Positions 37,381 to 50,017 of a stretch of DNA of 64,000 bases are shown in pieces; the first letter of the stretch is position 1; every line of letters begins with the position of its first letter. The stretch is taken from the NCBI GenBank assembly GCA_030704615.1, contig CM060731.1:55552001-55616000 (forward strand), given 5' to 3'. The notes under the pieces are model-generated. The model saw nothing but the letters and a program-made list of their open reading frames with translations, ran no database searches and was not told the DNA's origin. The position numbers and the translations under genes are program-made. The stretch comes from Takakia lepidozioides (taxonomy: Eukaryota; Plantae; Bryophyta).

Positions 37381-38850
37381 CTAGCTCCAGGAGCCGGGGG
37401 GGGTGAGGTGGAGAGAGCCTGCGATATGATTCTCCTCGATATTCCAGATGGGGAACTGCTGGAGGGCCTGGATGGTGTGCCCACCTGGAACAGGTTTATT
37501 GAGGACTACCGGAGAGCCGGGTTTGGGCTGACGGGGATGCTCCTGGATGACGGTGGATGTATGGTAGTCCTTGCCACAAGAGGGAAGACCACAGAGAATG
37601 CTGTGGCAAGGTGGACACCAAAAAGTGTCACCCCGGTCCTCCTCAAAAAATGGTTCTGCATTAATACACAGGGGTTGCGAACAAAGGGCCAGAGTGTAAG
37701 TTATCAATCTATTGCATTCACTTCATATGGTGGTGTATCTAAACTAGACCCTAGAGTTGATCCCTCTTTTGTTGGATGTGCTTGTTTGAGACGTATTGTT
37801 TTGTGAAGAGAGAGTCTACGTTCAAATTCCGCAAAGACGGTCGTTTTGTTGATGCCGCTGTGGACCCTATTACCTACGATGACCTCTACAACTATGTGCC
37901 CCACTCCAGTATGCCGAAGGACAAAAAGATAGGCAAACCGTGGCGGTACAGCCGGACCCGGAGACCTGCTTTCATCCAAACTCTCATGGAGACGTGCTCG
38001 GATGTCCAAGGTCACATGCGGCAGGGTAAGCCTTCACGTGCACAATTTGTCTCCTGGCCCGATTGCAATTGCATGCCGCATGCTACTAACCGCCCATTTT
38101 GTCCCTCAGGTGCTTCAATGTGGGTAGGGACGTTGTCCGACAGGCATGTCTTCGCCTTCGAGCAAAATACTGCCATCCACAACTCCGAACTTGCAGCGCT
38201 CGCTAACATCTACCGAAAAGGAAGAAGGCATCCTTGGAGGATGAGGAAGATCCGAGAAGGAGCAGGGGGAGGTACAAGTTGGGATCAAGGCCGAGGAGCC
38301 CCTGGTTTACGAGTGAGTGGTCGCATTGTAAGTTGCCTCTTGATTTCGTGAGGCAACTCCGTTCACTCTCTTATTTCATTGAAAGACCCTTTTTTGTTTC
38401 TGCTGGTATTGACATTCTTAAAGTGGATTTGTTCTTACTGCAGGATGCCAAGTACTGCAGGAGGGACGTCTACACCGCAGTTGATGGGCAGGAGGAACGT
38501 GTTTTTTTTTGCCAGGGGGGATTTCATGCCTAGTCCAGAAAGGGACTATCCTCCTTCTACTTATGCTGCCCGATTTGGCTTCGGTGTCCATTAGGAGGTC
38601 TTCCGAACCTAGTCGTGTACAGCAGATTTCAGACGAGGCAAGCCTCAAGAAAATGAAGATGAGGGAGGAGGCAACAATATTGGAGCCCGTCAGGCTTGTA
38701 GATTTGTCTTGGCTTGCTGAGGAAAGTGGGGGAGAAGAGGCAGAAGATTCCCAGGAGGTGAGGTGGGACAATCCCCCAAGGGAGGGACGGAAATTTTGAG
38801 AGGCATAGGGAACTGATGCATTCTCAGAGCTCGGAGGATGGGGGGGATGA
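37381..38850 (+). pseudogene. 3' part of a family-3 ParB-MTase gene (MTase exons), 5'-truncated
   Basis: CDMILLDIPDGE...RYSRTRRPAFIQTLMETCSDVQG...RHVFAFEQ. Homologous to 53600-55130. Confidence 0.75.
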
Positions 38851-39099
38851 GGGGAAGGTGGGGCAAGTTCCTCGGAGGGGGTGGGGAGAGTAGTGCCCAT
38901 TCCGGCTATGACAGTAAAACACACTTGTATAGATGTGGCTTGCCACAAAATTTGCAATAAAATGTTGCATTTCATTGCTATGACGAGTCCACTGGTGCCA
39001 CATTCCAACTTCACATGACCCAATTTCCGTGCCTCCTAACCCAGGAGCAGAAGGCCTCCTATACGCAAGGGCTATAGGGGCGATCGTGATAAACATATT

Positions 39100-42064
39100 C
39101 TCATATTGATCTGGTTTGCTTTGCAAGATGGGAAAGTCGGGTTTGAGGAGCTAGAAAAGCATGCACTGGAAGCAGGAGAGCAACCCATAGTTTCTGGCAT
39201 TGCAGGGTGACTGAGAATGTCTTCATTGCCACCAACTCTTGTCCCATATGCTCTTCCGAGTGAAGGATGTCGGGAAGCAGGAGGTGCAAGAGTTTGCCAA
39301 TCCCTCAGTGCCGACCTCCTGCGCAAGTCGGAAGGCAAAGGCAGACAGAACCTGGTATGGCTGAGCGTCGACGCCATGGTGGACTACATATTTCGGGTAA
39401 AGCTCCTGACAGTTTTGTTGAGCTAATCTGTCTCTCCTCCCCCAATAGAGAAATTGTGTTGAGCAGGATCTAATCTTATGTGCGCATTATTGACAGACCA
39501 AAATACAGCAGGATTTGGCACATGCGCGGAGGTTCTACATGGAGTCAGAGGAGAAGAATCCAACCCTCCCGGAACTCGAATCGTATGTCAAAGCTGCAGA
39601 GGTGAGGGCCCGCATAAAGTACAAGTCGAGCGTGGTGAAAGTACGTGGCCATAGCTGATCCCCCTTGGTGCCGACTTTCTAGTGGAGGTGAGGAAGCACT
39701 ACTCTCGCGCTCTGAAGCCCACGATGACATTGGAGAAGCTCCATCGTCTAGCCACATCCTGTGTGGATGCAACAGAAAAGGTGATACATTCTTAACCAAA
39801 TTGTGGTGGCCAAACAACTCCTTTTTGTGGTGTGTTTGGGCGCTTACGAATATGCTGGGGGGTGGTTGGACAGACCCGGTGGCTCCAAATCTGGAATGGT
39901 TCCCAAAGTACCAGGACAAACTCTCTGACCCCACATTCGACATGTGGATGAACCGCATGACATGGTGGTTTCAGGTACTCCCCACGCTTCGTTTGGGGCT
40001 TCTACTCTAGTAGGGGGTGGATTCATTGTATTTTTGAAGGAAAAGCGATCTGATGGAGAATCTCCACAGGTGACGACGACATGCGCCAAGAGCAACTGGA
40101 CACACAAGCACATTAGTTCAAGATGGAGATATCTCCTGCAGCAGAGAGCCTACGTGACTATGTTGACGAGGTACTTTCTGCTACAATCAAACCTATTCTT
40201 TCGGAGATAGCAGATGCTCGCGGAGCCACGAGTTACACCGACCAGCCGAACGCGCGACAAAGCAAGCAATGCGACCTTCTGTACAGGTACATACGCGCTG
40301 GCTTTCTTTCAAGTCCTTGCATTTCAGGATGTTAGGGCCTCATGTGGTGTTAGGGAAAATGGCGCCGAATTTCCAGTCAGGGCTCGGAAAATGGCTAAGT
40401 CCCTAGACTGGCTGGCCGAAATGGAAATTCGGTGCCATTTCTCCAGTTCTAGGCCCTATTGCCGTTCAGGGACTTGGCCATTTTCGGGCTAAGTCCCTAG
40501 ACTGGCTGGCCCGAAAATGGAAATTCGGCGCCATTTTTTCCAGTTCTAGGCCCTATTGCCGTTCAGGGACTTAGCCATTTTCGGGCTAAGTCCGTAGGGT
40601 GGCTGGCCCTGAACTGGAAATTCGGCGCCATTTTCCAGTTCTAGGCCCTATTGCGGTTCTGGGACTTAGCCATCTTCGGGCCAAAAACCGGAAAAATGGC
40701 GCCGAATTTCCAATTCAGGGCTCCAAGATGGCTAAGTCCCTAGGGTGGCAGTCACCGAAAAACGAAATTCGGCGCCATTTTTCCATTTCTAGGCCCACTC
40801 ACATCCGCCCCAAACCTGGGAAAATGGTGCCGAATATGCATTTCAGGGACGTCATTGTGTTTTTCATGAATGCAGGTACTGCAAGTTGCTCCCTTTTGGA
40901 GAAAGGTCATCTGTCTTTCGAGCCACCATTCTTCCTGGCATGGAGGAACCCTGGGGCTGACTCCATGTACACTGACGATATTGTGAAGGGAGTGGCATCT
41001 GGAACATTTGCGTGATTGCCCTTGGTATGTGGACCTTCCGCCCGGCTCGCTCGACCCATCCGAGTTTCAATTGAAGCTGGATGTTGAATTCCGACGAAAC
41101 CGGGCTCCGCCTGCCTCCGTTGGGGTGCAAAAAGAGGCAAAAGCGCTTGCGAACTCCAGGAAAGCGGCAGAGAGCTTGCTTAGGCAGGAATTCAGGAGAA
41201 ATTGCATGAGAAGAGTAAAGGCCAAAGGAAAAGGACAAGGAAACAGGTGAGTGCAGTAACACCCAAAAGAAGAAGAAAACCATCGGGGCATCGGAGGAGG
41301 CGCAGGAGGGGACCCAAGAGAGTGACTCGGACGACGACTTTGTTCAAGGTCCTGCGACTGCTGTTGCTCCTACCCAGTCACCGGTCGTCCGGGTTCCCAA
41401 GTCAGTTCGGAGTGGGACTGGCTCTGCCAAGAAAGTTGGCATTGAGGGCGACCCTACACGGCGGTATTCGGCGGTGATGTTTACGCACAGGCCAAAGCTA
41501 GAACTCCAACCATCATCCAATGCGTCAATGAGAGCTTCCTTGACGCTCTCGCTGCCAGGGCGAAGAAGGTGGCACACAGCAAGTCTCTGGCGGAGCAGAA
41601 GGGGAAAGCCAAGAAGAGGGCTGGCGGTACAGAGCCTAAAGACAACCCTGGTTTTGAAGCCATGATGGAATTCTTCACGGCTGTGAGCACGAATTGCAAG
41701 AGCACTCGGGGGGGGGGTTGAGGAGGAGAGAGCTTGTGACATGATTTCCTCGACATTCCAGATGGGGAGCTGCTGGAGGGCCTGGATGGTGTGCCCACCT
41801 GGAACAGGTTACTGAGGACTACTGGAAAGCCGGGTTTGGGCTGGCGGGGATGCTTCTGGATGACGGTGGATGTGTGGTTGTCCTTGCCACGAGAGGGAAG
41901 ACCACAGAGAATGCGGTGGCAAGGTGGACACCGAAAAGTGTCACCCCGGTCCTCCTCAGAAAATGGTTCTGCATCAGTACACAGGGGTTGCGAACAGAGG
42001 GCCAAAGTGTAAGTTATCAATCTATTGCATTCACTTCATATTGTGGTGTATGTTAAGTAGACCC
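39100..42064 (+). pseudogene. Second family-3 ParB-MTase gene copy (middle exons up to the MTase), interrupted by a gypsy LTR
   Basis: DRTWYGLSVDAMVDYIF, DMWMNRMTWWFQV, EPPFFLAW and LDIPDG are collinear with family 2 exons. The gene continues, inverted, at 57913-57612. Confidence 0.7.
40350..40840. repeat. Intronic imperfect-palindrome repeat cluster of family 3
   Basis: About 7 copies of GGAAATTCGGCGCCATTTTCC or its reverse complement in ~90-100-bp units, between exons ending ~40286 and starting ~40876. Confidence 0.85.
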
Positions 42065-43176
42065 TGTCGCGCGGCTTTTACTCACCCATCCCTTCGCTAT
42101 CCGAGGCGGAAACTCCAAGATAGAAGAGTTGGAAATCTCTAAGTACTCAGCCCGCGCAGAACAATCAGTCATGACCTACAGCTAGTGTATCATGGGGGTG
42201 TTTCCTATTTGTTTCCCTTTTGGCATTCATGTTAGCTACCTTACCATTGATAATTAAGTATCAGTTTGCTTCATCAATCTATTGGATTCCATCAACTCAT
42301 CCATTCATTCCACAGCTTCACTCAGATCTCTCTACACAGTGTGATTGTATCGTATAAGTATCCGATTATGATTTATCAGGTATCAGGCCGAAGCCATTGT
42401 GTCTCTAACCTGCTCTACAATATCACTCAGCTTTGCATATAACAAGCATCTACTAATCATCTCTTCATCTCTGCCCGATCCCCTCTCCTGCACGACCAAG
42501 AAGTCCTCCCCCCGTCCAGTGCTTCCCCAAAAATCCTCTTTCTCAATCCTTGCTTCTCCCTTTATCTTCCTACCCGGGCTCTAACCGTTTCCCTCACTAA
42601 CCGTCATCCGTGAACTAACATGTTCCATTAGCAGGTGTTGTTCCCCACAGTCGTTCCCTGTCCTGCTCTCCGTTCCCTATGATCGTGACAGCTGTGTCAA
42701 GCTTGTGACTGGCTGTGTGAAAACTGTGACGGGCTGTGAACTGGATGGTGGTGCTGTGTCGGATGTGGGAAGATGTGACGGGCTGTGTTGGTGTTATGTG
42801 TTGGATGTGTCGGCTGTGCTGACGTGGACGGGCTGTGTTGGATGTGATGGATGTGTCGGCTGTGTGGCTTGTGTTGTCTGTTGCTGTGTGACGGACTGTG
42901 TTGGCTGTGATGGCCGATGTCGGGCTGTGACGAGCTGGTGTTGACTGTGTCTGGCTGTGTCGGCTATGACGGGTGGTGTGTTGGCTGTGATGGCTGTGTC
43001 GGGCTGTTTATGAGCTGTGCTGACTGTGTCTGGCTGTGTGGCTGTGACGAGCTGTGTAACCCCCTCTACAGTGCGCTGCTGTCACTCCTAAGGCTCTGTT
43101 GGTCTCAGTCTGTGCAAAAATTAAGGGTACCCTACAGATCCGTATAAGGTCTAAGTCCTAGACAGTCCTCTAAACA
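42065..43176 (-). mobile_element. 3' LTR of gypsy family A (copy 3), minus strand
   Basis: Reverse complement of TGT..AGAGGAC...GCCGCGCGACA with adjacent PPT. Flanked by GACCC (42060-42064). Confidence 0.9.
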
Positions 43177-43207
43177 TTACCCCTTCCCCTCTCAAAAAGC
43201 CGTGTCC

Positions 43208-44590
43208 TCACGGTTTACTGATTGCGATTAGCAAACCTTTGTGAGTGAGCACCTTTCTGACGTTGAGAGTTTCGTGGCGGACTGTGTGTACGAGCCGAGG
43301 TCTGTCTCTGGTTGACGGAGATGTTTGAAACACTACCTGGATAAGTGAGGCCCTCTGGAGGCTGATATCAAGGTAACCTTTCAGGCATAGGAGACCCCCG
43401 TCGCTTCTTCTCTGCCGTCTGAATTGCATAGTCTTCTCCCATGTCAAAAGAATTCGGTGAGAAACAGTTTGTATCAGAATCCTCATCGTCTCTCAAGTGT
43501 TTTAATTTCGAACTTTTTGTGGAATCCTCTGGGGCATACAATGTTGTCCTACCATGTCTGGAAGTTTATACTTTATAACTTGGTGTAACCGGTGAACAGC
43601 AAAATTGGTGTAGACACTGAGCTCCTTGTCTGTCCAGGTGAGTGGGGTACCAATTACTTGTGCAGCGTGCAAGTATTTCCATGCCACATGTCCCTTATAG
43701 AAAATATCATCAATGCCGAATTTTTGTGTTGACAAATTGTTCCAGGCCGCTTGAAACCATGAACGAATTTGAGAATCCTTTTGCATCATAACTTTTGCCT
43801 CATATAGGTACATATGAGGTGACACTGAAGGTAAGATCCAATGATCTCCACTGGAATAACTCAGAAAGCGAGCTTGCATCTTTTGTTGCTCAATGTGATA
43901 ACGTACCAGAAAACAAGCAGCGTAGTATAACCCGCATCCCATGACAATACTTGCTACCTCCTTGGTCTTGGTATAAATGAATCCATGTACAACCTGGAAA
44001 GCAATTAATTCCCTCAACATGGTACCTGCCTCGTGCCAGTACTGTGCAAAGTGATGATCCTCAATTGGTCGATTGTTCGGAAGAACTTTAGTCCTAGTTG
44101 CCACTTGCAGCCAAATGCGCATGATTTGGTAGTAATGTGCGAATGACTGCGGAGGACTAAATTCTTTCCAAGCCAATCCAACATGAGGGGAATTTGGTTG
44201 AAGGGCATAATCATAGCCCTACTGTACTCCCTTGCAGCTGGAGTTTTAGGTGGGTTAAAAGCAGCATTGCCCCATACCTCAGGCTGTGGTGGCTGCGGTG
44301 TGGTTGTAGTAACAACAGGTTCAGCTACTGGTACAGTGACTTGTTGTGGTGTTGGTGGTACTGGCTCTTGTATCATTGGCATCTCCTGCATCTCCTGTGA
44401 AGACTGAAAAGCCAAAGTTCTGGCTTGTAAATAAGAAGCCATTAGCTGTTCCTGAGGGATATAGACTCTTTTGTCAATGTTTGAAGTGAGGTCCTCCACT
44501 TGAGTCTGCAATCCGTCTACATCCTCCTGTAACTCTGCTATCCTACTATAGACATTGTCTATAGTAATTGTGGCAATGTTCTGCACTTGA
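43208..44590 (-). pseudogene. 3' additional ORF of gypsy family A (copy 3)
   Basis: Homologous to 1-1105, with a coiled-coil-like segment (SRIAELQEDVDGLQTQVEDL). Frameshifted. Confidence 0.75.
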
Positions 44591-47500
44591 ACCTCAACCT
44601 GACTCAGATCGCAGCCTGGTTCCACCGGCCACACCGGGGGAGCCTCTGGCATTGTTTGTATGCCGTACTTGGGCTTTCCATACACGCAAGTCATAATGTC
44701 GTGCCTGCAGAACCAGAACTGGGTGGTTGTCGCCTCCGCAAACTTTACATGGACAAATCTTCCTGTAAAAGTAGGAGCAGGGATAGCCCCATCTGGATTC
44801 CTCCTTATCATCTCTAAACAACGTTGCCGTGTATCCACACGAATTGCGGAACACCTTCCTCGAAACGACGGCTTTGTGCGAGCAATTCTCCACTGTGATG
44901 CAGACACAGTCGTCTCCACAATGGCTTGGCCATACTGCATAACAGCGGGCGGAATCTGGCGCAAGGGAGCGGTGGGAATTTCTCGCACGAAATCCCCGGT
45001 TGAAGGCGACGGCGATCTGGAATTGGGCTTCCACTGCTGGAAGACACACTGTGCGGCAACATGACGGGACCTCGAGGTGCTGTCCGAATGTTCCTGTCGG
45101 ATCTCCAGGAATCCTCTTCGCACCTGGGTTCCTCTTCAATCCTCCGCCTCACAGGGCGAGTCCGGACGTCCCCCTCTAGGTGTTCACCTCTGCGGTGCAG
45201 AGGCGTCCCTTTGATCTTCTCTCGCAATGCTGTCGCCCATTTCAGTGGATTCTTGGACCTCGAAGCTGTTCGTACCAACAATTCCTCCCTGTCCGGCCCA
45301 AAGCCCCATTGTTTGCCGCTCAGGAACTTGTAGTACGTGGCTTGCTGCATGATTGCTCTGTCGATGTCCTCCGTTGTGGCTGTCACTACGTCCACCAGAT
45401 GTGCGGTAGAAGACGCTCGCCAGGAGGAGTGGACCGATTCTGCCATATTCGTGTTCGGCATGTCCGTGTCGGAATCCAAGCACCGCTCCTAGAAGGACAC
45501 AAACAATGGTGAGGGACCAATCGAAATGTCCGTAACAAAAAGACAAATGAACGAAAATGACAGCAGCCTACCTCCCGCATGTACTGTCCGAACTGTCGAT
45601 ACCGAAAATGCCACCACCCCAACCAGCTGTGCAATGCTCCCATATTGGTTGTCTCCACTGCACCTGACGTGTTCCACCAAGCCTCGATGATAGCAAACTT
45701 AACCTCCGCGTCATCAAATGTGGGTGCATCCTTCCACACCGTACAAAGGACACGGTGTTCAGCCTGGAATGAGCTAGCAACAAATTTGGTAGTGTAGTGG
45801 GATAGACTCTGCATCCAATGGAATCCACAGGATCTCTCTTTCCCCTCCACTGGAACATTGGGGTCCTCACCGTACACACGCCGCACCGCTGCCCAGTTGG
45901 CCTGAGCGTTGTCTGCCATGAATCCCCTGAAATTGGGCTCTGGCAATCCCGCCCTTGCCATCTACTCGTTTATGCCCTCCCATAGATGCATCTCGGACTG
46001 TGTGTCCTCCCCTTTCATCTCGCAGATTGCAATCGTCATGAGCCTCTTGGAGTGATAGTCATAAACATGCGCACCCATAGTCACCCACTGATGGTTTGTA
46101 ATTCGCTTGATGTGATCAAACATTACCCAAGCATTCGACAAGTTTCCAGTTGTCATGCGAGTGACCAAGTCGACTTCACTCCCAGGCCCACACGTCGACA
46201 TTTTGAAAATGTAACAACGATCGGATTCGCTGCCTTGCCCTGGAAACCTGCTACCTTGGATGTAGTCATATCCAGTCATTCGTTTCACCTCCAGGATTGA
46301 GTACATGTCCGACCCCCTGCCGAACTCCTGCTTGCAAGATACGATGTGATTCCGCACATTCGGACTACAAACGTGCGAGACGGACTCCAAGAGGTCACGC
46401 ATCTTGTCTTCGGTCAAGGGCTCTCGGTCGGAACCATCTTCAGACATGATTTTGCCAAGAGCAATCTTGTGGGCTGCCTTCAGCTGAATCTACTTTGGTC
46501 TGGCTCCGGGGCTCAATTTCACCTCCTCTTTTATGATGTCGTGTGCTTCCTGCACAGCCTCACGCATGTTGCCTCTCGCCAAGGGGTGGCAGTGGACCCC
46601 AACATGTATGCAAGCTCTAGTCAAGTCCGGGAGCAAATGGATAACGTAATATTGCTTGGCTCTGCACATGGACATGCACGTCGGTGGTTCTTTGCAATGT
46701 GCACACTTGAAAGAACCCGCAGGAGCTTGGCTGGAGACAATGAATGGATGATGCGTTGTGCCAGTCCAATCCGTCTCGTTTCTCCGCCCTCCTTCGGAGA
46801 GAAAGTGGAAGCAGGTGGGATTGAGGCACCTTAGCTCCCCGCACAGAGGACATATCATACACGAACACCATCAGCAATTTTCGTGCTACTGGTCTTCGTC
46901 ACACACCAGGGGTGTCCGTCATGCTTTCGATCCATGTCTGTTAACATCCCGGAGGCTTTGTTTGACAAAGAAACAGGTGGAAACTCGAAGATGACATTGC
47001 CATCGACTTCGGGAGGCAGAAACGTTACCTTTCTGACTGGGAATTTGGCATAGTCGAGAGCAGCCAGCTCGGAGCGAGAACCATCGAGGTGATGTTGTCG
47101 TAGGAGCTGCACAATGGACCGGGTTGGAGTTATGCTCGAGGGCACATGCGTAGCACCTACAGAGACGTCCATGCCGGATTTGAACGACCGTGTGGAGGAC
47201 ATGGGTACCTCAATGCAATCATCTTCCTCGTTGGAAATGTCGAATACGTCCACACGAGAAGCTATGGAGGGTCTTGACGGTCCAGGTCGGGAATGATTAT
47301 CGTTGCATACCTCTCTGTTGGCAGTGGCCGCCTGTCGGTTTCCGGACTCCTTTGTGGATGGTGTGGGCAGCGACTGATTCGGAAAGGGAATGGGCATTCC
47401 CACAGCTCGGTACAGGATGGTGTCTGATGGGGGTACGTGCCATTCGATTCCGCAACCTCCGTCGTTACCTAGCACGACAATGGTCTCGTCAACCTTTCCA

Positions 47501-47664
47501 GGAACATCCTTCCTTTCTTCTTCCAAATAAACTGTGCCCGGTTTGAGCTTGAATTTGGAACAAAGGTAAGTTTCAGTCACTCTGCAAAGTCCTCCCTCGT
47601 TTGGGATCCAGGCTCTCCCAAGTTGCGGAGGACAGCAAACTATAGCGTAGGAATTTGGAGCCAT
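44590..47664 (-). pseudogene. MULE transposase family 2, degenerate and 3'-truncated
   Basis: DGHPWCVTKTS, WVMFDH, FMADNAQAN, CGFH, TNMAESVH. Stop at 45962 and several frameshifts. Confidence 0.85.
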
Positions 47665-48079
47665 CGAACACCGCACGAAGTTGGCAAGTGCGAGGTTCAG
47701 TATAGCGACAGACCAAGGTTCACAGGCACCATGAAGAGTCCATCGACGATTGGAAGTCGCACATTGAAGTGGAAAGTATTGTTTCAAGCTACATGCATGA
47801 AGGTGGGAGGTGTGATTCCATAGCCAGTAAGTATGACAATGATGGCCGATTCGGCGACGAAATAACATCTCCTGACAGTTTCTCCTGAGGGTGGATCCAG
47901 CAGTATTCTCGGTGCAGACAGGAACGTTCGCACTGACAAGTGCCAGTACTGTTAATTAAAACGGTCAGACAACCAAGTTGTGCTCATCAAGACTGGCCGC
48001 AATTGTGTTGTTTCGGAACAATGCAACCCATTCAGGTTCCAGATTTCCCGTCCCGAGTGATTCTTTCGATTGCTGGTGG

Positions 48080-49670
48080 ACGGAAATACGGCGCCGCATT
48101 TCCGTATTGCATCTTGGTCATGCACCAGAGCGACGGAAATGCGGCACCGAGTTTCCGTCCGGGGGAAACCTTTATACTCTCCAGAACGGAAATGCGGTAT
48201 CGCATTTCCGTTCTGATTGAGAATTTTGAACAACGGGAACAGAAATGCGGCACCGCATTTCCGTCCGAGTCGCACTTTCCGACATTCCAGAACGGAAATG
48301 CGGCACCGCATTTCCATTTTGTATCTGATGCATGGAGCTGAGGGATAGAAATGCTGCAGCACATTTCCGTCCTCACAAGACATTCATACTCTCCAGAACG
48401 GAAATGCGGTAACGCATTTCCATCCAACAAGCACGGTATGTGAAGGTGGAACGGAAATGCGGTACAGCATTTCCGTTCTGATTGAGAATTGTGAACAACG
48501 GGAACAGAAATGCGGCACCGCATTTCCGTCCGAGTCGCACTTTCCGACATTCCAGGACGGAAATGCGGCGCCGCATTTCCATTTTGTATCTGATGCATGG
48601 AGCCGAGTGCAATTCCGACCGCTTGAGACATTCATACTATCTAGAACGGAAATGCGGTACCGCATTTCCGTTCTGACTGAAAATCGTGAACCATCGGAAC
48701 TGAAATGCGGCAGCGCATTTCCATCCGAGTCGCACCTCCCAACATTCCAAAACGCAAATGCGGCACCGCATTTCCGTTCTGATGAAAAATCGTGAAACAT
48801 CGAAACTGAAATGCGGTACCGCATTTCCGTCGGAGTCGCACCTTCCGACATTCCAAAACGGAAATGCGGCGCCGCATTTCCGTTTTGTATGTGAGGCATG
48901 GAGCTGTGGAACGAAAATGCGGCACAGCATTTCCGCCAGGGTCAGACCTTAATACTCTACAGAACGGAAATGCGGTACCGCATTTCCGTTCTGACTGAAA
49001 ATCGTGAACAACGGGAACAGAAATGTGGCACCGCATTTCCGTCCGAGTCGCACCTTCCGACATTCTAGAACGGAAATGCGGCGCCGCATTTCCGTTTTGT
49101 ATATGAGGCCTGGAGCTGTGGGACGGAAATGTGGTGCCGCATTTCCATCCATGTGAGACCTTCAAACTTTCCACACCAGAAATGCGGCACCGCATTTCTG
49201 TTCAGGTGAGACCTCTATACTTTCCCGAACGGAAATGTGGCACGGCATTTCCGTTCATCAACTAAGGTATGTGAAGGGGGAACGGAAATGCGGTACCGCA
49301 TTTCCGTTCACATTGAAAATCATGAACCACGGGAATTGAAATGTTGTGCCTCATTTCCGTCCGAATCGCACCTTTGGTCATTCCAGAACGGAAATGCGGC
49401 GCCGCATTTCCCTTTTGTATTTCATACATGGAGCTGTGGGACGGAAATGCGGCACCGTATTTCCGTTCAACAACTAAGGTATGTGAAGGTGGAACGGAAA
49501 TGCGGTGCCGCATTTTCTTCCAACAAGTACGGATGTGTAGCTTCGTGATGGTACTTAACGGAAATGCGGCGCCGCATTCGCATTTTCACTCCAACTCATC
49601 AGACGCTGGGACGGAAATGCCTTGAAATGTGAACACGTGGAGCAACGGAATTGCGGCACATGTCGGCACT
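48080..49670. repeat. Dense palindrome cluster (GGAAATGCGG-NN-CCGCATTTCC) between the transposase and ParB-MTase genes
   Basis: Dozens of copies spaced ~45-60 bp apart within larger repeated blocks. Confidence 0.95.
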
Positions 49671-50017
49671 CTATCTGACTGAAGTGGCATGAGGCGGCGC
49701 GGCCTGACCGTTGGATAATGATGTTTGTTTTTCGGACGGCAGGCGTACCCTGAACGATTCGAATTTCGTAATGACGCAAAGTCCACGTGGAGACACTTTC
49801 GTCCAACCCTTTCGAACCCAAGTGGTGCATCACCGCCGTTTCATCTACTTTTGTCGTGTCTCCTCAGTCACCCCTCTCGCGCCCTTTCCATCTGCACTCT
49901 TTGCCCCTTTTCCCTGTCTCTGTTCTTCTTATGCTCGAACCTGAGAGGGGGGGAGTTCGTGCACCAGACAGGAGACCTCGTCGCAAGCTCCGAAAATTAT
50001 ACTTCGGACGTAGGCCA

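Noticed and set aside
42705-43147. Cys/Val/Gly-rich and Thr/Gln/His-rich ORFs in LTRs
   Set aside because: Translations of the CACAGC minisatellite.
44014-45123. 369-aa ORF as a real gene
   Set aside because: It is a chimera across the rearrangement junction: MULE transposase fused in frame to the gypsy 3' ORF.
48080-49670. CRISPR or REP/BIME array, and the many short ORFs here
   Set aside because: Spacers repeat in blocks, and the ORFs (CGAAFP/EMRRRIS/GNAAPHF) are just translations of the palindrome.
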